DNA from: Mobula hypostoma
Lineage: Eukaryota
Reading direction: 5' to 3'
Assembly: GCF_963921235.1 (NCBI RefSeq)
Contig: NC_086101.1
Coordinates: forward strand, 6,450,001 to 6,514,000
Length of the DNA: 64,000 bases
Below the pieces are notes generated by a model. That model did no database searches and was not told the origin of the DNA. It was given only the letters and a program-made list of their open reading frames with translations. Below, one piece after another: positions 39,190 to 50,618 of this stretch. Made by a program: the position numbers and the translations under genes. Position 1 is the stretch's first letter, and every line of letters starts with the position of its first letter.

Positions 39190-39743
39190 CTATTGTGTGC
39201 AGTTTTGGTCCCCTAATCTGAGGAAAGACATTTTTGCCATAGAGGGAGTACAAAGAAGGTTCACCAGGTTGATTCCTGGGATGGCAGGACTTTCATATGA
39301 TGAAAGACTGGATCGACTAGGCTTATACTCGTTGGAATTTAGAAGATTGAGGGGGGATCTTATTGAAACATATAAAATCCTAAAGGGATTGGACAGTCTA
39401 AATGCAGGAAGATTGTTCCCGATGTTGGGGAAGTCCAGAACGAGGGGTCACAGTTTGAGGATAAAGGAGAAACCTTTTAGGACCGAGATGAGGAAAAACT
39501 TCACACAGAGAGTGGTGAATCTGTGGAATTCTCTGCCACAGGAAACAGTTGAGGCCAGTTCATTGGCTATATTTAAGAGGGAGTTAGATTATGGCCCTTG
39601 TCGCTAAAGGGGTCAGGGAGTATGGAGGGAAGGCTGGTACAGGGTTCTGAGTTGGATGATCAGCCATGATCATACTGAATGGCGGTGCAGGCTCGAAGGG
39701 CCGAATGGCCTACTCCTGCACCTATTTTCTATGTTTCTATGTT
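39190..39743 (+). mobile_element. CR1-type LINE 3' fragment (young); near-identical 3' UTR at ~26515-26712
   Basis: YCVQFWSP...RRLRGDLIETYKILKG...QRVVNLWNSLP; (TTTCTATG)n tail. Confidence 0.9.
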
Positions 39744-42650
39744 TGTATTCATTTAGAGGGTCTTGAGGAGATAACGGGTTTCTGATGGAGAGAGCACTAT
39801 AGCTCCAATATAGTCCATGCCAAGCTGTTACTCTGTTCTGCCTAGTCCCATTCACCCACACCTGGACAATACCCCTCCCATCCATGTATTCATCCAAAGA
39901 GCTGGAGAGGGTCATCAACTTTGAATTCCTTGGTGTTATAATTTCAGAGAATCGTCCTGGGTAAGTGCCATTACAAAGGAGGCACAGGAGCACCTCTACT
40001 TCCTTTGGGGTTCATGAAGATTCAGCATGACGTTTGAAACTCTGACAAACTTTTTTAGGTTTGCATTAGAGAGTATATTGGCTGGTGGCATCACAGCCTT
40101 ATGGAATCACCAATGCCTTTGAATGGAAAATGCTACAAAAGTTCAAAGTAAATTTATTATCAAAGTACATATACTATATGTCACCATATACAACCCTGAG
40201 ATTTGTTGTCTTGCGGGCATGCTCAATAAATCTATAGAATAATAACAATGACAGAATCATTGAAAGATGGCACTAACTTGAGAATTTCACCAGTGTGCAA
40301 AAGCCAACAAACTGCAAGTATAAAACAAAAGATATAATAATAACAAATAAATAAGTAATAAATATTGAAAATGTGAGACGAAGAGTCCTTGAAAGTGAGT
40401 CCATTGGTTGCGGTAACATTTCAATGTTGGGGTGAGTGAAGTTCTCCCCTTTGCTTCAAGAGCCTGATGGCTGAGGGGTAATAACTGTTCCTGAACCTGG
40501 TGGTGTGGATCCTGAGGCTCCTGTACCTTCTTCCTGATGGCAGCAGTGAGGTGGGGTCCCTGATGATGGATGCTGCTTTTCTGCAATGGTGTTTCATGTA
40601 GATGTGCTCAAAGGTGGACTGGCCTGTATCCACTGCTTTTGTAGGATTTTCCATTCAAGGGCATTGGTGTTTCCATACCAGGTCGTGATGCAGCCAGTCA
40701 ATGCACTCTCCACCACACATCTATAGAAGTTTGTCAAAGTTGTAGGTATCATGGTGAATCTCTGCAAACTCCCAATGAAGTAAAGGAGCTGCCATGTTTT
40801 TTTTTGTAATTGTCTTTACGTTTTGGGCCCAGGACGTGTCTTACGATAGAATAACGCCGAGAAATTTGAAGTTGCTGACCCTGTCCACCTCTGACCCTCC
40901 AATAAGGACTGTCTCAAAGATTTCTGGTTACCTCCTCCTGAATTCAATACTCTTCTCCTTGGTCTTGCTGATATTGATATTGGTGAGAGGTTGTTGTCAT
41001 GGCACCACTCAGCCAGATTTTCAATTTCCCTCCTATATTCTGATTTGTCGCCGCCTTTGATTCAGCATAGGACAGAGCAAACTTGAATATGGCATTGGAG
41101 CTGTGTTTGGGCACAGAGTCTGAAGTGTAAAGCGAGTAGAGCAGGCGGGTGGGGGGGAGGTGCCATGTGCACAGCCTTGTGGTGATGGAGACCATGGAAC
41201 TAACTGAGGTCTGCAAGTGAGGAAACTGAGGATCTAATTGCGTAAGGGAGATATTGAGGTAAAGGTCAAGGGGCTTATTGATCAGTTCTGAGGGGATGAA
41301 GATATTGAACTGGTGGATACAGCCCGGTCCCTCACGAGTAAAGCTCTCCCTACCATTGAGCACTTCTGTGTGGAGCACTGTTGTAGGAAAGCAGCATCCA
41401 CCACCCAGGCCATTCTCTCTTCCCGCTACTGCCATCAGGAAGAAGGTACAGGAGCCTCGGGGCTCACACTACCGGGTTCAAGAGCAGTCATTACCATCGA
41501 GCATCAGACTCTCGAAGAAGAGGGGATATTGTCACTTGTATATTGAAATATAGAATAAAGATGACATTTGCATCAAATCAAATCAGCGAGGATTGTACTG
41601 TGGGCAGTCTCAACTTCACCTTCACTAACCCCAACATTGAACAGTTTCCACAACCTATGGACTCACTTTCAAGAACTCATCTCATGTTCTCGATATTTAT
41701 TGTTTGTTTATTTATATATTATTTTGCTTGTTTTGCAAAATTTTCTTCGTATATAATGTGAATGCCGGCAAAAAAATGAATCTCAGGGTAGTATACGGTG
41801 ACATATAATACTATGATAATCAATTTACTTTGAACTCTGAGTAATTACCAGAAGGTGCAGAACCATTGTGGATAACATCATTCATGTCGACTCTAAGGTG
41901 ATTCCACGCCCTACAGCCTCATTTTCAAGGACCATGAATAATTTTTTCAGAATTACTTGATTTGTATTTGCAGAGATTGTCTTCTCTTCCAAACCGGTTG
42001 TTTGTCAGTACTTGTGTGTTTTTCATTTTTTTTCTATTGTATTTCTTTGCTCAACTATAAATGCCTGCAAGGAAATGAAATTCCGGGTAGTATATGTTGA
42101 CATGTAGTACTGTGCAGAGGTCTCAGGCGACATGTATATAGCTAGAATACCTAAGACTTTTGTACGGTACTATATTTGTTAAGGTGTGGAGAGCAAAGGA
42201 TTGTAAATCTGGCAGGAACGAAGGATGTTGGGAATGGTGAGGGTAGAATGCCATGGGAGAATGTCAGGGACAGGTGTGGTGTGCGTGCAGAAACACCCAG
42301 CCCTGGGACAAAAGGCAAGGTCATTAGATTCCAAACAATTGGTTTATTGATCATTACAGAATGTCTCTCTGGTGCTTCCTGTTCTCTCCCCTCTCCCTTT
42401 CTCTTTCCCAACCATGTTTCCTTTCTCCCTGCCCATTCCCGCTGTCAGTCCACAATAGAGACCCATATCAGAATCAGGTTTATCTCTCATATCTCATGAA
42501 ATTTGTTTTTTTTTACTGTGGTTGCAGTATAGTGCAATTACCCTAGCTATATATATGCCTAAAATTTTGCACAGACATGTATAAGTACTTTGATAATAAA
42601 TTTACTTTGAAGTTTTGAATTCCATGTTCATGCAATCAATGTAATTGTGA

Positions 42651-42835
42651 CAACACACATCAAAGTTGCTGGTGAACACAGCAGGCCAGGCAGCATCTCT
42701 AGGAAGAGGTACAGTCGACGTTTTGGGTCGAGACCCTTTGTCGGGACTAACTGAAGGAAGAGCTAGTAAGAGATTTAGCAACTTTGATGTGTGTTGCTTG
42801 AATTTCCAGCATCTGCAGAATTCCTTGTGTTTGCG
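42651..42835. mobile_element. Short Penelope-like pLTR insertion with an inverted 5' part
   Basis: 13-bp TSD AATGTAATTGTGA (42638-42650 and 42836-42848); high similarity to 7710-7865. Confidence 0.8.
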
Positions 42836-43234
42836 AATGTAATTGTGAACTTGGTTGTTTTCGCCTGCTTGCTGTTTTGCTGAAGGTAGTTGGAGCATTT
42901 GCACCTTGTTGTTCATTGGTGGCCAGCAATTTTCAGCTGGAGACCAGTCATGGTTTGGTACGTGATCAGGTTTCCTCATCTTGGCAACAGCCGAGTGCTG
43001 TTTGCCTCATTCATAACTCTTGTCTGGAAGTTCCAAGGACCTTGTGCATCAGTACAATTGTGCGAGCGGAGAGCTTCACTCTGATGAGATTCAAATATCC
43101 GTCTGGAATTGTGTCAGCTTTATATTGATTTAACAAACTGCATATACCACTCCTTGATGCCCTCTGCACAAGATATTTAAAAGGAACATCAAGTGCTATT
43201 CATTTTCATTAGGGAGTCTGCTGTGCCTGAGTAT

Positions 43235-43715
43235 ACGGTGAGTATATGACAGTGGTTGCCCTCTTCAGCAACTATGATGAGACAGCATCGAGAGAGAAGG
43301 TATAGAGGCTTGTCAACTGGTATGAGTACAACAATCTGAGTCTCAACATGGACGAGACAGAAGAGATGATTGTTAACTTCAGGAAAGTGCACGCCCCATT
43401 GCACATCAATGGCTCTGGCACTAAGAGAGTGACGAGTACAAATTTCCTTGGCATGCCCACATAACAGATGATCCAACCTGGAATCGCAAAACCTCCTCAC
43501 TAGTCAAGAAGGCACGGCAGAGACTGTACTTTCTGAAGAGACTGGGGCATGCAAGGCTCCCTGCCCCCTTAAACAACTTCACGCAGGAGCACCGTGTGAG
43601 GGTTCTGTCTGGCTGCATCATTGTGTGGTCCAGAAGCTGTCAGGAAGGAGGTACAGGAGTATCAGGACAAGGATTGTGAGACTGGTTAACAGCTTCTTCC
43701 CCCGGGCTGTGATAC
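43235..43715 (+). mobile_element. Decayed Rex1-type LINE RT fragment
   Basis: NNLSLNMDETEEMIVNFRK and KKARQRLYFLKRL remnants. Confidence 0.7.
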
Positions 43716-43897
43716 TGTCCTAGTGACGGGACTCACTGCTGACAGGGTACTCATTGGTCTACGCCAGCTGCTATTCTGGTGTGACCTGAGGGAACATATT
43801 TCTATTGTTATCTCAGAGATTTTAGTTTGAAAGCTTCTGTTCGGTGATAGTAGCTCTGGTTTCAAAATTCAAAGTAAATTGATTATCAAACTAAGTA

Positions 43898-44438
43898 CAG
43901 ACATCCCCCCCTGCAAAAACTCATTTCAGGAAGGTAGCACCATCAATTTGCGGGAGACTTCCGGGAGAGGTGGGATGTCAGTAGCTCCTTAGCAGCTAGC
44001 CAGCTAGTTTAAATAATATTAGCTATGCTAATGAATGAATGACACCTGTTAAACTCACCTCAACATGTCTTTTACAGTCTTAACCCACCATGGGCAATAG
44101 AAAAGTCACTGTTGCAAACAGTGCAGCGAGCAACACTGTCATTATTTTTGACAGTGGTACACTTTAGTGTAGTCTGGGGTGACCTACGTTTTATATTTTC
44201 TTTTTTTGGAACACTCTGCCATGGCGCGCTCTTGCGCTCTCTCTCTCTCTCTCGCTCTCTCTCATGGTTGCTCTCACTCTTTCTCTTTTGCTTTCTCTCG
44301 CTTGCTCTCGCGCGCACTCTCTCGCTCGCTCTCAAAAAAAATAGATTTCCATGATATTGTATATAATTTGCGGGCATCAGGGAGCTGCTAATCATATGCA
44401 GGAGACTCCCGGAACTTCCGGGAGAGGTGGGATGTCTG
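43898..44438 (-). mobile_element. Non-autonomous hAT-like DNA transposon with a 6-bp TSD
   Basis: TIR CAGACATCCC...GGGATGTCTG, TSD TAAGTA, subterminal CGGGAGA repeats, zinc-finger remnant ARCTVCNSDFSIAHGG. Confidence 0.75.
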
Positions 44439-44921
44439 TAAGTATATGTCACCACATGCTATCCTAAGGTTCATTTTCTTGTGGACATTTACAGGAAAAT
44501 AAAGAAATACAATAGAATTTATGAAAAGGTGCAAAAGAGGACAAACCTTGCCAATAATAAAAAGGTAATAAATAGTACTGAGAACCTGTCTGTGGTGTTT
44601 TAAAAAAAAATCTTGCCTCTGACATCAGCCTATACTCAAAGTTCAAAGTCAATTTATTATTAAAGTATGTATATGCTACGATACAAGTACGCTATGTTGA
44701 GATTCATTTTCTTGCAGGCATTTACAGGGCAAAATACAGTTGAATTTATGAGAAATAACAGCAAAGACTGACAAACAACAAATGTGCAAAAGAAGACAAA
44801 TTGTGCAAAAAATGAAGAAATAACTATACTGAGGATATGAATTGTCAGGAAGTGACCCTGGTAATAATTTTACTAATCCTGTCAATGGCTGCACTAACAC
44901 TGCACTAACTCGTGCTTTCAG

Positions 44922-45096
44922 TTCTTCCACCTGGACGTGTACAACAGTGACGGCTCCCCACTCACCGTGGACCAGATCCACATGCAGCTCCAGCGCATCC
45001 GGAATTTCTCCTGGAAGACGGACAAGGAGCCACTGGGAGTTCTGACCAGTGATCACCGGAACACCTGGGGCCAGGCCCACAACACGCTCATGAAAG
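44922..45096 (+). CDS. CRAT: CRAT-like exon 6 (FFHLDVYNSDGSPLT...HNTLMK)
   Basis: ctttcag| acceptor, AAG|gtaaaa donor, 175 nt, homologous to FFELDVYHSDGTPLT. Confidence 0.95.
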
Positions 45097-45559
45097 GTAA
45101 AAACTCAGAATGATTGCAACACCAAATGAACGTTTTGTTGTGAAAAAGTGAGGTGATTGGAGGAAAGTGTAGATATTACCCTACAACCATCAAACTTGTG
45201 AACAAGTGTGGATACCTTAACTCAATTCAGAAATGATTCCACAACCTACAGTAACACACACAAAATGCTGGAGGAACTCAGCAGGCCAGGCAGCATCTAT
45301 GGAAAAGAGTACAGTCGAAACTTCAGGCTGAAACCCTTCAGCAGGACCACAACCTACAGACTCACTTTCAAAGACTTTAAAATTCATGTTATCTGTATTA
45401 TGTGTTTGTTAATTACTTCCCATTTTTTGTATTTGCACTGGTTGTTTTCTTTTGCACATTGATTCTTTGTCAGTCTTTGTGTGTAGTTTTTCATTCATTC
45501 TATTGTCTGTCTGTTCTGCTGTGAATTACTGTTTTACTCAGCCATCACTGAGTGTGTTG

Positions 45560-48330
45560 TGTGAATCGTCATCCCCTCTGACCTCACCTCTCTGAGACAG
45601 AATGTTCCGTCCTCAGTCAGGGCTTCACGTTTGTCCCCCTGTGCCCGCACCTCAGTGAATTCCGCCCTCGCCTCCTCTGTCTCCGTGCCTACTTCTTTGG
45701 CAAGGACACTCCACCCCGCAATGATTACACCTTCTCCTGTCTACAGCCACCCTCCTCTTTCTGGATACCCCACCCTGGTCTTCTGCCTATTCTGGATCTT
45801 TTCATTGCCAACTGCCGATGGGACATCAACTGTCTCGACTTCACTACTGCTCTCTCCAATTCCAACCTCACTCCTTCCACTCTCTCCACTCTCTCTGCAC
45901 TAATCCTAACCTCACTATCAAACACCTAGATAAGAGGGGTGTGTACTAGTCTGGCAGACTGGCCTCTTCCTTGCTGAGGCCCAGCACTAACTCTCAGACA
46001 CCTCCTCTTGCTTACCCCTCGAACCGGACCCCGCTGAGGAGCACCAGACCATTGTCCTTCACACCATCACTAATCTTAGTCATAGTCACACTTCATTGAT
46101 CCCGGGGGAAATTGGTTTTCGTTACAGTTGCACCATAAATAATAAATAGTAATAAAACCATAAATAGTTAAATAGTAATATGTAAATTATGCCAGTAAAT
46201 TGTGAAATATGTCCAGGACCAGCCTATTGGCTCAGGGTGTCTGACCCTCCAAGGGAGGAGTTGTAAAGTTTGATGGCCACAGGCAGGAATGACTTCCTAT
46301 GACGCTCTGTGTTGCATCTTGGAGGAATGAGTCTCTGGCTGAATGTACTCCTGTGCCCAACCAGTACATTATGTAGTAGATGGGAGACATTGATCAAGAT
46401 GGCATGCAACTTGGACAGCATCCTCTTTTCAGACACCACCGTCAGAGAGTCCAGTTCCATCCCCACAACATCACTGGCCTTACGGATGAGTTTGTTGATT
46501 CTGTTGGTGTCTGCTACCCTCAGCCTGCTGCCCCAACACACAACAGCAAACATGATCGCACTGGCCACCACAGACTTGTAGAACATCCTCAGCATCGTCC
46601 AGCAGATGTTAAAGGACCTCAGTCTCCTCAGGAAATAGAGACGGCTCTGACCCTTCTTGTAGACAGCCTCAGTGTTCTTTGACCAGTCAGAGTTAGTGAT
46701 CTTATTAACTCTGGGGATCTCCCCATCCACTGCCAGCAACCTCATAGTTCATGCACCCCGCACCTCCTGTTTCTAGCTGCTACCCAAGATCCACAAACCC
46801 GCACGTTCAGGTAAACCCAATGTTTCATCTTGTTCCTGCCCCACTGAACTCACATTGGCTTACCTTGACTCTGTTTTATCCTCCACTGGTTCACTCTCTT
46901 CCTACCTACGTCTGTGACATTTCACATGCTCTTTATCTTTACAACAATTCAAGTTCCCTGGCCCCAATAATCTTATTTTCACTATGTCCCTATACATGTC
47001 AGGAAGGCCTCAAAGCTCTCTATTTCTTTCTGGACACCAGAACCAACCAGTTCCTCTCCACCACCACTCTCCTCCGTCTGGTGGAACTGGTCCTCACTCA
47101 ATAATTTCACCTTTGGCTTCTCCTACTTCCTTCAAACAAAAGGTACAGCTGGAGTCCCAGCTAGGTTTGCCTTTTTGTTGGCTACTGGTATTACTCCCCG
47201 ACTTCTCCTATGCTACGTCGACGACTTCATTGGTGCTACTTCCTGCACCTATGCAGAGCTCGTCGACTTCATCAACTTTGCCTTCAGCTTCCACCCTGCC
47301 CTCAAACTTATCTGGTCTATTTCCTTTCTCGATCTCGCTGCCTCTGTCTCTGGAGACAGCTTATCGGCTGATGTCTATTACAAACCTCTTCCCACCCTAC
47401 TACTTGCAGTTTGGTGAAGAGGTGACTGATAGGGTGGGTGCCAGCCTCTGCATCCAGCACATAATTCTCTGTAACCTCTGCCATCTCCAGCGGGATCCCA
47501 CCACCAAGCCCACCCCACCACTTCCCGCTTTCCACAGGGATTGCTCTGTATGCAACCCCCTTGTCCGTTCGTCGCTCCCCACTGGTCTCCCTCCTGGCAC
47601 TTATCCTTGCAAGCAGAACAAGTGCTACACCTGCCCATACACCTTCTCTCTCACTACCATTCAGGGCCCCAAACAGTCCTTCCAGGTGAGACGATACTCC
47701 ACCTGTGAGTCTGACCTAGCCGTCTACTCTATCCAGTGCTCACGGACACAGCCTCACTGAACACCTACACTCTGTCCGCCAGGAAAAGTGGGATCTCCCA
47801 GTGGCCACCCATTCCCATTCCGACATGTCAGTCCATGTCCTCCTCTATTGTCGCAACAAGGCCACACCCAGGGAGGAGCCAAATGTTATATTTTGTCTGG
47901 GTAGCCACCAACCTGATGGCATGAACATCAATTTCTCAAGCTTCTGGTAATCTCTTCCTCCCCGCGCGCCCTCTTCACCATTCCCCATTCCGATTTTCCC
48001 CTCTCACCTTATCTCCTTACCTTCCTCTGGAGCTCCTCCTGCTTTTCTTTCTTCTGTGGTCTTCTGCTGTCTCCTATTGGACTCCGCCTTCACCATCCCT
48101 GTATCTCTTTCACCAACCAACTTCCCAGCTCTTTACTTCACCCTCCCTCCCCCCCTACCCCCGGTTTCACCTTTCACCCTGTGTCTCTTCCTCCCCTCCC
48201 CCACCTAGCTCTGACTCCTCATCTTTTTTTCTCCAGACTGACGGACGGAATTTCGGACGGAAAACGTTGACTGTACTCTTTTCCATGGACGTTGCCTGGG
48301 TTGCTGAGTTCCTCCCGCGTTTAGTGTGTG
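45560..48330 (+). mobile_element. Decayed Penelope-like retroelement (RT, GIY-YIG region and pLTR), interrupted by Rex1
   Basis: RT catalytic-type motif LLCYVDDFIG; Cys-rich linker PGTYPCKQNKCYTCPY...FQVRRYSTCES..VYSIQCSR; terminal repeat at ~48000-48330. Confidence 0.8.
46076..46689 (-). mobile_element. Rex1-type LINE copy, near-identical to 1361-2576
   Basis: DWSKNTEAVYKKGQSRLYFLRRLRSF...GSDTLSQ; short GTCATA tail. Confidence 0.92.
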
Positions 48331-49237
48331 TCAGCTGTGTCACCGTTTGGTTTCCCTTCATCCCCTCCCGCTCCAAGCCCAGGTCGCACCGGGTGATCCA
48401 CTGGGCGGAGAAGATCACTGGCTGTCAGCTTTCGACATTAGAAGACCTGTTCATTGCCAGAGTGAAGAAAAGGGCTGAAAATATTTCTACTCTCTCACGC
48501 ACCCATCAGTCACTATTCACCAAATTGCCTTTAGGGAGATGGTACAAGTCCATCACCACTGGGACTACACATCACCCCTGAAGCGTCTTTCCTGTAGCTC
48601 TCCAGCTTCTCAACAAAACTCACTCAGGCGTAACACCCTCACCGTCCCCGCACAACGTCCGTTAAATGGCTTGTCCTGCTCTCCTTGTTCTGTTGAAGTA
48701 GAATCCAAATCAACAGCACTTTATTGCCGGTATCTGAAACGTACCAGAGCTGATTGTGGTTCGCTGCTGAGCATAAAACACAGGAGAATACACAATAGCA
48801 ACCAACAATTGACTAGACAGCAGTGCAAACAGCCATGAGCAATAACATTAGCACAAGCGTCAATAATCAACCCTCAATAAATGTGAACAGACTAAATAGT
48901 TATCAATATAAAAAAAGGCATGACATAAAAAGTTTGGGTACCCCTGATTTTGAGATAAAGCTTAGTAACAACCCCTTCTGGCCCAGCGAGCCTTTGCTGC
49001 CCAGTTACACCCATGTGACCAATTGCACCCGTGTGACCAATTAACCTTCTAACCTGTACATCTTGGACTATGGGAGGAATCCTGAGCACCCAGAGGAAAC
49101 TCACACTGTCGCTGGTAGAACATACAACGTCCTTACAGAAAGTGGTGGGATTGGATCAGTGTTACCTAACCACTACACTACCGTGCCACCCAAGTGTGTC
49201 AGAAATCTGTGGCACTTCTGCCTGGAAGACAGTACAT

Positions 49238-49317
49238 CAAGGGTTCCCAAACTTTTTGATGCCCGGGACCAATTCCATTAAGAAAGGGGTCCGCGGTCCC
49301 CAGGTCGGGAACCCCTT
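49238..49317. mobile_element. 80-bp hAT MITE of the same family as 25915-25994
   Basis: CAAGGGTTCCCAAAC...GGGAACCCCTT ends; degenerate TSD CAGTACAT/CTGTAGAT. Confidence 0.7.
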
Positions 49318-49433
49318 CTGTAGATGGTGGGAATGAGTTGTAAAGACCAATGTAGTCAGATTTCTGATCGTATTGAGCAATGGGTCGAAGTGAGTGAGGT
49401 ACGAGCATGTGCAGCATTTGGTGTCTTCCTCAG

Positions 49434-49612
49434 ACAAGCTGAACAGGGAGTCGGTCCGGACCATTCAACGGAGCCTCTTCACCGTGTGCCTGGACTCGCC
49501 GGTCCTGAAGATCTCGGAGGAGAAGTACACGAGCCGGATGGCCGCACAGATGCTGCACGGAGGAGGGAGCTACTCCAACAGTGGCAACCGTTGGTTCGAC
49601 AAAACTCTGCAG
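49434..49612 (+). CDS. CRAT: CRAT-like exon 7 (KLNRESVRTIQRSLFTVCLD...NRWFDKTLQ)
   Basis: ttcctcag| acceptor, CAG|gtacga donor, 179 nt, NRWFDK motif. Confidence 0.96.
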
Positions 49613-50067
49613 GTACGAGAGACAAAGTGGTACGCTGATCACGTAGTGTCTCAGAGTCATAGAGTATTACAGCACAGAAATGCCTTTTGACCCATCTAGT
49701 CCCTGCCAGACTGTTACTCTGCCTCATCCCAATGGCGCCCACCGGGACCGTAGCTCTCCATGCCCCTCTCATCTGTGTACTTATCCAAACTGCTCTTAAA
49801 TAAATTGAGTCTGCATCCACTACTTCCTCTGGCAGCTCGTTCCACACGCACCACCCTCTGAGGGAAGTTAGAGGATTTTATTTTCATGCCGTCAGGCAGA
49901 AACTACTGACGTGGAATACGATTTACTGAACCTCCGTTCTGCGACCAGCCTCGTCTGAGCTGTGGGGGTGGGGATGTAGACTGACAAGTTAGTGTAACCC
50001 ACACAAAGTGCTGGAGAAACACTCAGCAGGCCAGGCAGCATGTTGCTGTGAGAGTGGGAAGTAGAAA

Positions 50068-50438
50068 TGAAATGGCCGGCCACCAGGAGATCCCGATCCA
50101 GTTACAAACGTCTGTAAAACCGCTGGTGCTGAAGTTAAAATGGCTGGCCAACGGGAGATCTTGGCTGGTACCACAGTTAAAATAGCTGACCACCGAGAGA
50201 TCCTGACTGGTGCCACGATTAAAGTGGCTGGCCAAAGGGAGATCCCGGCTGGTGCCATGATTAAAATGGCTGACAATGGGATATCGTGGCTGGTACCACT
50301 GTTAAAACGGCTGGCCACCAGGAGATCCCTGTTGATACCACAGATAAAATGGCTGGCCACTGGCAGATCCCAGCTGGTCCACAGTTAAAATGACTGACCG
50401 CCAGATGATCCCAGTTGGTCCACTGTTAAAATGGCCGG
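50068..50438. repeat. 41-42-bp degenerate minisatellite, about 7 copies, just upstream of exon 8
   Basis: Unit AAATGGCTGGCCACCAGGAGATCCCGGCTGGTGCCACAGTTA with starts at about 50138, 50180, 50222 and 50264. Confidence 0.88.
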
Positions 50439-50517
50439 ATTGCAGCTCACCACACGAAACATTAGTTAATTATTGCTCTTGTAAGTGATGGATCAAAGGT
50501 TGTGGTTTGTGTTACAG

Positions 50518-50618
50518 TTCATTGTTGGCGAGGATGGATCCTGTGGCGTTATCTACGAACAATCATCTGCAGAGGGTCCAGCCATTGCTACAATACTGGA
50601 TCACGTTCTGGATTATTG
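50518..50618 (+). CDS. CRAT: CRAT-like exon 8 (FIVGEDGSCGVIYEQSSAEGPAIATILDHVLDY), catalytic-site exon with His replaced by Gln
   Basis: gttacag| acceptor, TG|gtaagg donor, 101 nt. CAA at 50560-50562 sits at the YEH position. Confidence 0.95.

Noticed and set aside
16152..50438. Tandem arrays (16152, 20190, 50068) as CRISPR arrays
   Set aside because: No unique spacers, no cas genes, vertebrate context, and the units derive from TEs.
50560..50562. RNA editing restoring the catalytic His
   Set aside because: A-to-I editing of CAA gives CGA, CAG or CGG, and C-to-U gives a stop; none encodes His.
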